Shown here: piece after piece, positions 20,628 to 30,040 of the stretch
Numbering within the stretch: position 1 is the first letter of the stretch
Layout of the letters: every line of letters begins with the position of its first letter
Assembly: GCA_027624625.1 (NCBI GenBank)
Contig: JAQBWH010000001.1
Span: forward strand, 1,535 to 65,534
Length of the DNA: 64,000 nt
Direction of reading: 5' to 3'
DNA from: Verrucomicrobiota bacterium
GTDB taxonomy: Bacteria > Verrucomicrobiota > Verrucomicrobiia > Chthoniobacterales > JACTMZ01
Notes under the pieces: model-generated
What the model saw: the letters and a program-made list of their open reading frames with translations, nothing else
Database searches by the model: none
Told to the model about the DNA's origin: nothing
Made by a program: the position numbers and the translations under genes

Positions 20628-20940
20628 GACGTGAGCTATGCCGAAGCGTGGAGGAGTTGTCCGTGCGGCTCAAGCACAAGCGGGACGGGGTCATTCGTCC
20701 GTGCGGCAGAGGAAGGCGAAGTGTGTCATAAACATGCCTCTCCCCAGACCGCGAATTGATCGGGCGCGATGCGGTGCGGAAGGCGGGGAAGAGCCCCTTC
20801 GCGTCCCCTTTCCGACCATTGCTAAGGGGGTTTTCTCTCTTCGCAAGATAAAAGAGCATCATTAATCAGATAGGAACGGAAAGCTAGTTGGAATTTTTTT
20901 TGCGATTTTCCTCTGAAAAGCGTTGACCCAAGAGGCAGCC

Positions 20941-20980
20941 AAGTGGTTTAAAGTGGGTCAAAGTGGTGCAAGATGGCATC
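20941..20980 (+). promoter_or_regulatory. putative MraZ operator: phased direct repeats AAGTGG at 10-bp spacing
   Basis: aagtggttta / aagtgggtca / aagtggtgca, plus a degenerate agatggcatc, starting at 20941, 20951, 20961 and 20971. A TTGACC hexamer sits at 20923-20928 just upstream. The site lies directly 5' of mraZ. Confidence 0.55.
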
Positions 20981-20992
20981 ACGACCCTGAAA

Positions 20993-21448
20993 ATGTCGAA
21001 ACCTTCCCCAGCGCCGATAGTCTATGCCGGAGAATTCCGCCATGCGGTCGATGCCAAGCATCGTGTGACCATTCCGTCACGTTGGCGGGGCGATGCCGGA
21101 GGCGAATTTTTTGCCGTTCCGGATCCTGCGGGGAACTTCCTCATGATCCTGCCGCCACAAGAGTTTGATCGCGTGAAGTCGGACGTCGAAGCCAACACCT
21201 CGATCGCCCCGGCCGACCGACGCAAATTTATCCGCCGGTTTTACGCTTTGGCGCAGCTTGTTTCGGTCGACAAGCAGGGGCGTGTGCTTTTGCCCGAAGA
21301 ATACTGCCGTCGCCTTGGCTTGGACGGCGAGGTCGTGCTGATCGGCAGTCACAGCCGCTTGGAAATTTGGAATTCCGCACGTTGGGCCGCCGCCACGGCC
21401 GAAGAGGACGAAGTCTTCCGCCGCGTGGCGGGGGAAGTCGGCTTGTAA
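20993..21448 (+). CDS. mraZ: transcriptional regulator MraZ
   Basis: FRHAVDAKHRVTIPSRWR and VDKQGRVLLPEEY are the two SpoVT/AbrB-like MraZ repeats. Start set at ATG 20993, because the GTG at 20963 lies inside the repeat array. Confidence 0.9.
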   Translation: MSKPSPAPIVYAGEFRHAVDAKHRVTIPSRWRGDAGGEFFAVPDPAGNFLMILPPQEFDRVKSDVEANTSIAPADRRKFIRRFYALAQLVSVDKQGRVLLPEEYCRRLGLDGEVVLIGSHSRLEIWNSARWAAATAEEDEVFRRVAGEVGL

Positions 21449-21591
21449 AATATCCGCCCACCTCCCGCATCGAAAATAGCAAAAAATGGCAAAGAACAGC
21501 CGCAAATTTACCTTCGGTTTTTCCGCGAAAAAAGACGCGGGAGGCCGGACGGAGGGTTCGGTCTGCCTCCATCTCCGTGTCCGCACTTTTT

Positions 21592-22581
21592 ATGAACAAT
21601 TCGGCCTCCGCAAAAAGAGAGCCCCGCGCAAACCCTGACGCCACGAGCTGGCACGAGCCGGTTCTGCGCGACGAGGTCATCGCGTTGTTGCGCCCGGCTC
21701 CGGGTCGCATCTTTCTCGACGGCACGCTGGGTGGGGGTGGCCATGCCGAGGCCCTCCTTGCCGCCGGGGCGCGGGTGGTCGGCCTCGATCGTGACCGTGA
21801 GTCGCTCGAGCACGCGGCCCGGCGTCTGGCATCCTTCGGTGACCGGTTTACCACGGTGCAGGCCAACTTCGCCGATGCCCCGGAAGTTCCCGGGATTGTG
21901 GCCGCTGCGCCTTTTGACGGTGCGCTCCTCGACCTTGGCGTCTCCTCTCATCAACTCGACACGCCGGAGCGCGGCTTCAGCTTCCGTCATGATGGACCGC
22001 TCGATATGCGGATGGATTGTACGGCTGGTGAACCCGCGGCAATCCTGGTCAATTCTGCCGGCGAAGCCGAACTTGCGCGTCTTTTCCGTGAATTCGGTGA
22101 AGAGCCCCAAGCGCGGCGCGTGGCCCGGGCTATCGCAGCGGAGCGTGAACGCTTGCCGTTCACGCGCACTGGCCAGCTGGCCGCCTTGATCGAAAAAGTG
22201 CTCGGCCGGCGCGGGCGTGTGCATCCGGCGACGCGTGTTTTCCAAGCCCTTCGCATCGCGGTGAACGATGAAATCGGATCACTGCGGCGCGCCTTGGTTT
22301 CCATCCCGCCGTTGCTCAAAGCTAGCGCTCGTTTTGTCGTCATTACTTTTCACTCCCTCGAGGACCGCGCGGTGAAAACTTTCTTCCGGGCCGGAAGCGA
22401 GCAGTGGCTCGACCGCCCGGAGTGGCCCGCCCCGCGAACCAATCCCGAGTGGCGCTTCCGCGATCTGACCCGCAAACCGTTGTCCGCTGTGCCCGGCGAA
22501 ACTGCTCGCAACCCGCGGTCCCGTTCGGCGCGTTTGCGCTCGGTGGAAATCCTGCCCGCGACCCAGGAGGTGGCGGCATGA
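21592..22581 (+). CDS. rsmH: 16S rRNA (cytosine1402-N4)-methyltransferase
   Basis: Start at ATG 21592. HEPVLRDEV, DGTLGGGGH, DLGVSSHQLD and SLEDR motifs. Confidence 0.92.
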   Translation: MNNSASAKREPRANPDATSWHEPVLRDEVIALLRPAPGRIFLDGTLGGGGHAEALLAAGARVVGLDRDRESLEHAARRLASFGDRFTTVQANFADAPEVPGIVAAAPFDGALLDLGVSSHQLDTPERGFSFRHDGPLDMRMDCTAGEPAAILVNSAGEAELARLFREFGEEPQARRVARAIAAERERLPFTRTGQLAALIEKVLGRRGRVHPATRVFQALRIAVNDEIGSLRRALVSIPPLLKASARFVVITFHSLEDRAVKTFFRAGSEQWLDRPEWPAPRTNPEWRFRDLTRKPLSAVPGETARNPRSRSARLRSVEILPATQEVAA

Positions 22582-22940
22582 GATTCGAGAGCCGTGACAA
22601 TGCTCTGCCGCTTGGCCCCCTGATGCGATGGCTGGTGCTGGTTGTTTTTGTTGGTCTCCTCGGGCTTTGCTACGTGCACATGAAGCACAAGCTGAAGGTG
22701 GACGGGGACCGCTGCCGCGAACTCGAGATGGCGTTGGAGGTGCTTGACGAGAAACTGCAGGTGGCCGGCAACGAGGTCATGCGCCTGACCTCTCGCCCTG
22801 AGCTCGAGCGCCGCCGCGACGAGGGTTTTATTCGCATGATCGAGGTGCAGGACAGCCGATTGAACCGGCTGCGGGTGCAAACCACTGCGCTTGCCGCCCA
22901 GCCGGTGGTGCGGAGTGAGAGCGGGGAGGTGCTGCCATGA
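22578..22940 (+). CDS. ftsL: cell division protein FtsL-like (small bitopic coiled-coil protein)
   Basis: 120 aa. Its ATG overlaps the rsmH stop. One TM helix (WLVLVVFVGLLGLCYV) is followed by a coiled-coil region. It sits at the canonical ftsL position between rsmH and ftsI. Confidence 0.55.
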   Translation: MRFESRDNALPLGPLMRWLVLVVFVGLLGLCYVHMKHKLKVDGDRCRELEMALEVLDEKLQVAGNEVMRLTSRPELERRRDEGFIRMIEVQDSRLNRLRVQTTALAAQPVVRSESGEVLP

Positions 22941-24703
22941 GTGGGGGCGCACATCGCCGTGCCGGATTTGTCTGCATCATGCTGGCCGTCCTGTTGAGCA
23001 TCTATTCGGCCCGGCTTGTCCATCTGCAAGTGGGAAAACATCGTGAATACGGCGCTCTGGCCGCGGAAAAAACGGCGAAAAAGAAAGTTGTCGCCGGCGA
23101 GCGCGGCCGCATAACCGATTGCCACGGCGAGCCGCTGGCCGTAAATGTCCCCATTTATTCGGTGGTGGTCGACGGCAAGTTGCTTGCCGAGTTAAAATCC
23201 GACCGCGGGCGGCTGGCCGGCATTATTGCGCGCCATCTCGAATTACCTCTTGAAGATGTGGCGAAGCGTATCGCCCCGGACCGGGCTTACATCGTGGTTC
23301 AACGCGGGGTCGACGCGATGCGGGTGGCCAAGCTCAAGGAGGAATTGGCCGGAGAGCGACTGCGCGGCGTGATGTGCGAACCGCAACCGCGCCGCTTCTA
23401 CCCCAACGAAGAGAGACTCGGGCACGTCCTCGGTTTTCTTAACCATGAAGGGCTCGGTATCCAGGGTGTCGAGATGATGATGGAACCCTACCTCCGGGGG
23501 GAGGACGGCTTCATCTACACCGAGCGCGACCGCAAGGGGAAAGAAATCGTGCCTTATCGCGGACACGAGCGTCCGGCCAAGCACGGCATGACCGTCGAGC
23601 TGACCATTGACATGGCATTGCAAGACATCGTGGAGCGCGAACTTGACGCGGCCTATGACCGGCTCAATCCCCAGATGATGACTGCGGTCTTCGTGCGACC
23701 TCGCACCGGTGAGATCCTCGCCATGGCCACGCGTCCGGCTTTCAATCTGAATCATCCGGGGCAAGCGGCAATCGAGACAACGAAAAACCGGGCCATCATC
23801 GACATGGTCGAGCCGGGCTCGACCTTCAAGATCGTGGTCATCTCCGCCGCGCTCGAACAAAAGGCAGTGACGCCGGAGAGCATGTTCCACTGCGAGAACG
23901 GAAGTTTTGCCTATGCCGGGAAAATCCTCCGGGATGTCCACCGCCACGGATCGATGAGCGTGCACGACATCATGGTCAAGTCGTCGAATATCGGCTGCGC
24001 CAAAATTGCCATGCACCTCGGGGCTGACACCTTTTACGAATACATCCGCCGTTTCGGCTTCGGCGAGCGCACCGGCCTGGGGCTACCGGGGGAGATCCCG
24101 GGTCTGGTCCGGCCGCGCCACAGTTGGACCGGCTTGTCGATCACCCGCGTGCCCATGGGACACGAGATTGCCGTGACCCCGCTGCAGATAGCCATGGCCA
24201 TGTCGGTCATTGCCAATGGCGGGAACATGATGCTGCCGCAGATTGTGCGCTCGGTGCGCGACGGCGACGGCCGAGAGGTTGTCGCTTTCTCCCCTGAAAT
24301 CCTCCGTCGCGTCGTCTCCGAAGATACCGCGGCCAAAGTCAGTGCATCGCTGGTCGATGTGGTCGGTGAGCGGGGCACGGCACGCCTGGCCTCCATTCCG
24401 GGTTTCACCGTGGCGGGCAAGACGGGAACCGCGCAGCGTGTGGATCCGAAGGGCGGATACGCGGCCGGTAAATATGTTGTTTCCTTTGCCGGATATTTTC
24501 CGGCCGAAAATCCCGAGGTAGCGGGCATTGTGCTGGTCGATGATGCGCGGACCCCCGGTGGACGCAATTACGGTGGCACGGTGGCTGCACCTATCTTTTC
24601 ACGCATCGGCGAAGCCATGGCCCGCCAACTTGAGCTTGTTCCCAATTCGTCCGCCCCGGACACAACGATCGCCCTCGTGCCTTTCGGCAATGGTATGAAC
24701 TGA
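22937..24703 (+). CDS. ftsI: peptidoglycan D,D-transpeptidase FtsI (PBP3)
   Basis: 588 aa. N-terminal TM helix, PBP dimerisation domain, and transpeptidase motifs STFK, SSN and KTGT. Confidence 0.92.
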   Translation: MSGGAHRRAGFVCIMLAVLLSIYSARLVHLQVGKHREYGALAAEKTAKKKVVAGERGRITDCHGEPLAVNVPIYSVVVDGKLLAELKSDRGRLAGIIARHLELPLEDVAKRIAPDRAYIVVQRGVDAMRVAKLKEELAGERLRGVMCEPQPRRFYPNEERLGHVLGFLNHEGLGIQGVEMMMEPYLRGEDGFIYTERDRKGKEIVPYRGHERPAKHGMTVELTIDMALQDIVERELDAAYDRLNPQMMTAVFVRPRTGEILAMATRPAFNLNHPGQAAIETTKNRAIIDMVEPGSTFKIVVISAALEQKAVTPESMFHCENGSFAYAGKILRDVHRHGSMSVHDIMVKSSNIGCAKIAMHLGADTFYEYIRRFGFGERTGLGLPGEIPGLVRPRHSWTGLSITRVPMGHEIAVTPLQIAMAMSVIANGGNMMLPQIVRSVRDGDGREVVAFSPEILRRVVSEDTAAKVSASLVDVVGERGTARLASIPGFTVAGKTGTAQRVDPKGGYAAGKYVVSFAGYFPAENPEVAGIVLVDDARTPGGRNYGGTVAAPIFSRIGEAMARQLELVPNSSAPDTTIALVPFGNGMN

Positions 24704-24709
24704 AGTCGC

Positions 24710-26209
24710 ATGCAACTGGCCAAAATCATTTCTGCCCTCCCATCCGCTCCGGTTGCGGTCAAAGGTCCGGCCGACCGCGAAATCACCTCTCTCACCCACG
24801 ACTCCCGGCAGGTCATTCCGGGCTGTCTCTTTGTTGCTCTGCCCAGCGTGACGCCGGGACGCACTGGTGAGGCCGCGGGCGGAGGCGCGAACTTCATCCT
24901 CGAAGCGGTGGAGAAAGGCGCGGCGGCCGTTATCACCTCCGCCGACCTCGATGCCCCGCGTGCCACCATGATCCGGGTCGAGGATCCCCGCACCGCCCTT
25001 TCCTCCGCGGCGGCTGTCTTCTACGGACATCCTTCCCTCCAATTGCAGACTGCCGGGGTCACCGGGACGAATGGCAAGACCACGGTTTCTTTTCTCCTCA
25101 AGCACCTGCTCGACGTCGCCGAGCGTCCGTGCGGACTGATCGGTACGGTGCGTTACATGGTCGGCCCCCGCGAATTGCCCGCCGCGCGTACCACGCCTGA
25201 AGCGGATGACGTCCAGCGTCTTCTCCGCGAGATGCGCGACGTCAATTGCCGCGCGGCCGTTATGGAGACCTCGAGCCACGCCCTCGCACAGGACAGGGTG
25301 CGGAATGTCGAGTTTGACGCGGCCATTTTCACCAACCTCAGCCAAGACCATCTCGATTACCACCAGACGATGGGGGCTTATTTTGCGGCCAAGCAGCGGT
25401 TATTCGAACAACTGGCCGCGCAGCCGCACAAGCGCGGCACGGCGGTCATCAATGTCGACGATCGCTACGGCCGCCGGCTTTTTGACCTCTCTGCCCCGCG
25501 CGTCAAGACCCTCACTTACGGCCAATCGTCCGGTGCCATGTTTCGGGCCGCCGACCTGCGGACCGACCTGCAGGGCACGCAATTTTCCCTCCATGCCGGT
25601 GGCCGAAGTTTTCTCGTCCGCCTTCCGCTCTACGGCTCGTTCAATGTCTACAACGCGCTGGCCGCTCTCGCCGCAATGCACGCTCTCGGGCACGATGTGC
25701 GCAAGTCGGTCGATGCGCTCAAGGACGCCCCACAAGTTCCCGGACGGCTGGAGATGGTACCCGGGCCGAAAATTTTCCGGGTCTTCGTCGATTACGCCCA
25801 TACGCCGGACGCCCTCGAAAGTGTCCTCCGCACCCTGCGGAGCCTCGAACCGGCGCGCCTCATCACCGTCTTCGGCTGCGGCGGGGATCGTGACCGGGCC
25901 AAGCGCGGACCGATGGGCCGGGTCGCCGAAGACTCCTCCGACTGGTGCATTGTCACTTCCGATAACCCGCGGGGCGAAGATCCCGAGGCCATCTGCCGCG
26001 AAATCACCTCCGCCCTGCGCGGGAAAAATCACGAGGCAATCACCGATCGGCGGGCCGCTATCCGGCGCGGCGTGGCCATGGCCGGCCCGGGCGACATCGT
26101 GCTGATTGCCGGCAAAGGTCACGAGGACTATCAGGAATTCGCGGATCGCAGGATTCCTTTTGACGATGTGGCCGAGGCCTCGTCTGCGATCCGGGGGAGG
26201 GCTGCCTGA
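24710..26209 (+). CDS. murE: UDP-N-acetylmuramoyl-L-alanyl-D-glutamate--2,6-diaminopimelate ligase
   Basis: 499 aa. GVTGTNGKTT P-loop and DNPR motif (SDNPRGEDP), at the expected dcw position. Confidence 0.93.
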   Translation: MQLAKIISALPSAPVAVKGPADREITSLTHDSRQVIPGCLFVALPSVTPGRTGEAAGGGANFILEAVEKGAAAVITSADLDAPRATMIRVEDPRTALSSAAAVFYGHPSLQLQTAGVTGTNGKTTVSFLLKHLLDVAERPCGLIGTVRYMVGPRELPAARTTPEADDVQRLLREMRDVNCRAAVMETSSHALAQDRVRNVEFDAAIFTNLSQDHLDYHQTMGAYFAAKQRLFEQLAAQPHKRGTAVINVDDRYGRRLFDLSAPRVKTLTYGQSSGAMFRAADLRTDLQGTQFSLHAGGRSFLVRLPLYGSFNVYNALAALAAMHALGHDVRKSVDALKDAPQVPGRLEMVPGPKIFRVFVDYAHTPDALESVLRTLRSLEPARLITVFGCGGDRDRAKRGPMGRVAEDSSDWCIVTSDNPRGEDPEAICREITSALRGKNHEAITDRRAAIRRGVAMAGPGDIVLIAGKGHEDYQEFADRRIPFDDVAEASSAIRGRAA

Positions 26210-26211
26210 TC

Positions 26212-27567
26212 ATGGATGCGACTGCTCTCCATGCCTTGGCCGCCGCCTGCGGTGGTATTCTCTTCTGCGGCGACGGGACCACGACAGTGGCGACGATTTG
26301 CAAGGACACCCGGACCCTGCAGTCAGGGGATCTTTATTGGGCTTTGGTCGGGGAAAAGTTCGATGGTCATGACTTTGTCGGAGCCGCTGCGGCTTCCGGG
26401 GCCGCGGGCGCGGTCGTCTCGCACCCGGTGGCCGGCCTGCCTGACACATTTCCGTTGATCCGGGTGGATGACACCCTGCACGCCCTGCAGCAACTGGCTT
26501 CTTGGCATCGCGGACGGTTGAAAGCGCGCGTGATCTGCCTGACCGGGAGCAATGGCAAAACCAGCACCAAGGATTTTGCCGCTGCGGTGGCCGCGACGCG
26601 TTTTAAAGTGAACAAAACCGAGGGCAACCTGAACAATCACATCGGCCTTCCGCTGACCATTCTTTCGGCCCACTCAACAGATGATGTCTGTGTGTGGGAA
26701 ATCGGCATGAACCACGCGGGAGAGATTGAGCCGCTGGCCCGGTTGGCCGGTCCGGCCATCGCTCTGATCACCAACATCGGGGTGGCCCACATCGAGTTCC
26801 TCGGCTCGCGCCAAGCGATCGCGCAGGAGAAGGGCATGCTCGGCGAGGCGCTTCCGGCCGGCGCAGTGCTGGTTCTCCCTCTCGCGGACGACTTCACCCC
26901 GTCACTCGCCGCCCGGACCAAGGCGCGCGTCGTGCTGGCCGGAGGGCCCGATGGTTTGCACGCCGAGAACTTGCGGCCATCCGCTCAGGGCTTCGATTTC
27001 GATCTCGTTTCCGGTCGCGAACGCGTGGCCGCGCATCTGCCGGTGACTGGCGAGCACATGGTGCGCAATGCCTTGCTTGCCGTCTCGGCGGGACTCGAAC
27101 TCGGACTCTCCCTGCGCGAGTGCGCCTCGGGATTGGCCGCCACCAAACTCTCCGCGCGCCGTTTGGCCTGCCTCGATATTCGTGGAGTGACCGTCCTCGA
27201 CGATAGCTACAATGCAAACCCGGACTCGATGGATGCGGCGCTGCACGCCCTGCGCGGCTTGCCCGGTCCGGGACGTCGTTTTGCCGTGCTCGGGCAGATG
27301 GGCGAACTCGGAACTTATGCCGAGGAGGGTTATCGCCGGGTCGGCCGCACGGCTGCTGCCACCATGGACGTGCTCATCGCTGTCGGCTCGGAGACGGCGC
27401 CGATGGCCGAGGAAGCGGAGAGGGCAGGAACCAAGGATGTGCGGCGTGTCGGGAATACGGGCGAAGCGGCAAATCTGCTGCGCCAATTGGCCCGACCCGG
27501 CGATGCGGTGGTCATCAAAGGAAGTCGCGCCGCCCGGATGGAACGCGTCTTGGAGGATTTTTCCTGA
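26212..27567 (+). CDS. murF: UDP-N-acetylmuramoyl-tripeptide--D-alanyl-D-alanine ligase
   Basis: 451 aa. TGSNGKTSTK P-loop, DSYNANPDSM, at the expected dcw position. Confidence 0.92.
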   Translation: MDATALHALAAACGGILFCGDGTTTVATICKDTRTLQSGDLYWALVGEKFDGHDFVGAAAASGAAGAVVSHPVAGLPDTFPLIRVDDTLHALQQLASWHRGRLKARVICLTGSNGKTSTKDFAAAVAATRFKVNKTEGNLNNHIGLPLTILSAHSTDDVCVWEIGMNHAGEIEPLARLAGPAIALITNIGVAHIEFLGSRQAIAQEKGMLGEALPAGAVLVLPLADDFTPSLAARTKARVVLAGGPDGLHAENLRPSAQGFDFDLVSGRERVAAHLPVTGEHMVRNALLAVSAGLELGLSLRECASGLAATKLSARRLACLDIRGVTVLDDSYNANPDSMDAALHALRGLPGPGRRFAVLGQMGELGTYAEEGYRRVGRTAAATMDVLIAVGSETAPMAEEAERAGTKDVRRVGNTGEAANLLRQLARPGDAVVIKGSRAARMERVLEDFS

Positions 27568-28691
27568 TGCTTTATTACCTCCATCTTTTGTCCGACTACG
27601 GCAAGAATCTCGACGCTGAGATTTTCAAGGCGTTCAACGTCTTCCAATACATCACGTTCCGCGCCGTGGGAGCCGGGGTCACCGCATTCGTGCTCAGTTT
27701 GATTTTCGGAAACTGGGTGATCCGACGCCTTGTTTCACTTAAGCTCGGCCAACCGATCCGCTCCCAGGAAGAAGTGCACCGCTTGCACGAATTGCACGGG
27801 AGTAAAGCGGGCACCCCGACGATGGGTGGCGTCCTTTTGCTCGGCGCCCTGCTCATTTCTGTCCTGCTCTGGGCCCGGCCGACCAATCCGCTCGTTTGGC
27901 TCGCCATTTTTTCCGTCGTTTATCTGGGAGCGTTGGGCTTCGTCGACGATTACCTGAAGGTCACCAAAAAGTCCTCGGACGGTATCAGCAGCCGTTTGAA
28001 ATTCGCCCTGCAGTGCCTGCTCGCCGGGCTGATCACTGCATTTTTCGTTTGGGATCCCGCCCTCAGCCCGCATGCCTCCCAGCTCTATGTGCCGTTTTAC
28101 AAAGAGCCCGTCTTCCAAAATCTGGGGATTTTCACCTTTGTCCTTTATCTTCTGGTGATCGTCGGCTCTTCCAATGCTGTCAACCTGACCGACGGACTTG
28201 ATGGTCTGGCCGCTGGCTGTACGGCCACGGTGGCTTTCGGCCTCGCGGTGCTGACCTATGCCGCGGGCAACATCAAGATTGCGCAATACCTGCAAATTCC
28301 GTTTGTTCAGTTTTCCGGGGAACTGGCCGTGGTCTGTCTCGCCTTGGTCGGTGCAGCGCTCGGATTCCTCTGGTGGAATTGCCACCCGGCCCGCGTTTTC
28401 ATGGGTGATACCGGATCGCTTGCCATTGGCGGTTTGCTTGGTGTGGTTGCCATCGCCGCCAAGCAGGAGTTGCTCCTCGCACTGATCGGGGGCGTCTTCG
28501 TGCTCGAAGCCGGCTCGGTCATCCTGCAGGTCGCGAGCTTCAAGACAACCGGCAAGCGCATCTTCAAGATGTCCCCCTTGCATCATCATTTCGAGCTGAG
28601 CGGCTGGAAAGAAGGCACGGTCATTGTGCGCTTCTGGATCCTCTCCGTCATTTTCGCCCTTCTCGGGCTGGCCACTTTGAAACTGCGGTGA
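27567..28691 (+). CDS. mraY: phospho-N-acetylmuramoyl-pentapeptide-transferase
   Basis: 374 aa polytopic membrane protein with typical MraY blocks: KAGTPTMGG, NAVNLTDGLDGLA, MGDTGSLAIGG, PLHHHFE. Confidence 0.96.
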   Translation: MLYYLHLLSDYGKNLDAEIFKAFNVFQYITFRAVGAGVTAFVLSLIFGNWVIRRLVSLKLGQPIRSQEEVHRLHELHGSKAGTPTMGGVLLLGALLISVLLWARPTNPLVWLAIFSVVYLGALGFVDDYLKVTKKSSDGISSRLKFALQCLLAGLITAFFVWDPALSPHASQLYVPFYKEPVFQNLGIFTFVLYLLVIVGSSNAVNLTDGLDGLAAGCTATVAFGLAVLTYAAGNIKIAQYLQIPFVQFSGELAVVCLALVGAALGFLWWNCHPARVFMGDTGSLAIGGLLGVVAIAAKQELLLALIGGVFVLEAGSVILQVASFKTTGKRIFKMSPLHHHFELSGWKEGTVIVRFWILSVIFALLGLATLKLR

Positions 28692-28696
28692 TTGCC

Positions 28697-30040
28697 ATGG
28701 ACTACACGGGAAAACATGCCGCCGTGCTCGGCCTCGGCCGGAGCGGCGAGGCGGCCGCGTGCCTCCTCCTGGCCAGTGGCGCCTCGGTCACCGTGCTCGA
28801 TTCCGGGGATCCCGTCCCGCGGCGGGAAGCTGCCGGCAAACTTTCCTCGCGTGGCGCACGCGTCGTCTTGGGGAACGACGCGTTGTGCTGCGCGCAGGAA
28901 TTTGACTTCGCGGTGCTGAGTCCCGGGATCAATCCCGTGGTACCGCTCGCTCGCCGGCCGGTCGTGGCCGGTATTCCTCTCTTCGGCGAAATTGAACTGG
29001 CCTTCCGCAGTTGCCTTTGTCCCGTGGTGGCGGTGACCGGCACGAACGGCAAGACAACCACGACCGGTCTGATTGCCGCGCTGCTTGATGCGGCGGGAAT
29101 CAAAGCCGAAGCCTGCGGAAATATCGGACTGCCTTTCAGCGAGGTTGCCAGCCGCAGCGGTTTGCTCGGCGCGGCGGTCGTTGAAATCAGCTCTTTCCAG
29201 TTGGAGACAACGGATGTTTTTCGTCCCCGGGTGGCGGTCTGGACCAACTTCAGCGCAAACCATCTGGACCGCTACCCGGACTTGGCTTCCTACCGCGCGG
29301 CAAAGCTGCGCATTTTTGACCGCCAGAGGGCGGAAGATTTTGCCGTGGTCAATGCGCGTGCGGAGCTGCCGGCCCTGCGCGCCCGGCGCATGACTTTCAG
29401 TGCCTTGCCCGGGGTCGAGGCGGACTTCACCCTCGGCGCCGGGGACAGGATTTTTTATCGCGGGACGCCGGTCCTTGCCATGTCTGAAACCCGCTTGCGC
29501 GGGCCGCACAATGCGGAGAATCTGATGGCCGCGCTGGGTGCCGGTCTTTGCCTCGGAGCCGGAATGGAAGCGATGCTTCCCGCCGCGCGCGCTTATGTCC
29601 CCCCGCCGCACCGTGGCGAATTTGTCCGGGAGATCGACGGCGTTACCTGGATCAATGACTCGAAATCGACCAACCTTGATGCGCTCTCCCAAGCATTGCG
29701 CGGCCAGAGCGGCGGAGTGGTGCTGATTGCGGGCGGCAAAAACAAGGGCTTCGGCTTCGCGCCGGTCGCAGATCTGGTCAAAGAGCGGGTCCGGGACGCC
29801 GTGCTCATTGGTGAAATGCGCGACTCCATCGCCGGCGACTGGGCGCAGGTTACCTCCTGCCATCCGGCCGATTCCCTCGAGGAGGCGGTGGCCCAAGCGC
29901 GCGCCTTGGCCCGTCCGGGCGACACGGTCCTTTTCTCCCCGGGCACATCTTCCTTTGACATGTTCCGCAGCTACGAGGAGCGCGGGAATATTTTCAGACA
30001 ACTGACCCAAATGATCCAACCAACCAACCACATATCATGA
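28697..30040 (+). CDS. murD: UDP-N-acetylmuramoylalanine--D-glutamate ligase
   Basis: GLGRSGEAAA Rossmann N-terminus and VTGTNGKTTT P-loop. ATG 28697 chosen. A GTG at 28688 overlapping the mraY stop is an alternative start. Confidence 0.92.
   Translation: MDYTGKHAAVLGLGRSGEAAACLLLASGASVTVLDSGDPVPRREAAGKLSSRGARVVLGNDALCCAQEFDFAVLSPGINPVVPLARRPVVAGIPLFGEIELAFRSCLCPVVAVTGTNGKTTTTGLIAALLDAAGIKAEACGNIGLPFSEVASRSGLLGAAVVEISSFQLETTDVFRPRVAVWTNFSANHLDRYPDLASYRAAKLRIFDRQRAEDFAVVNARAELPALRARRMTFSALPGVEADFTLGAGDRIFYRGTPVLAMSETRLRGPHNAENLMAALGAGLCLGAGMEAMLPAARAYVPPPHRGEFVREIDGVTWINDSKSTNLDALSQALRGQSGGVVLIAGGKNKGFGFAPVADLVKERVRDAVLIGEMRDSIAGDWAQVTSCHPADSLEEAVAQARALARPGDTVLFSPGTSSFDMFRSYEERGNIFRQLTQMIQPTNHIS

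Noticed and set aside
20628-20920. Short ORFs (20638-20865 +, 20614-20862 -) in the pta / mraZ intergenic region.
   Set aside because: They overlap each other on opposite strands, have Arg-rich junk composition, and lie in what is most likely the dcw promoter/leader region.
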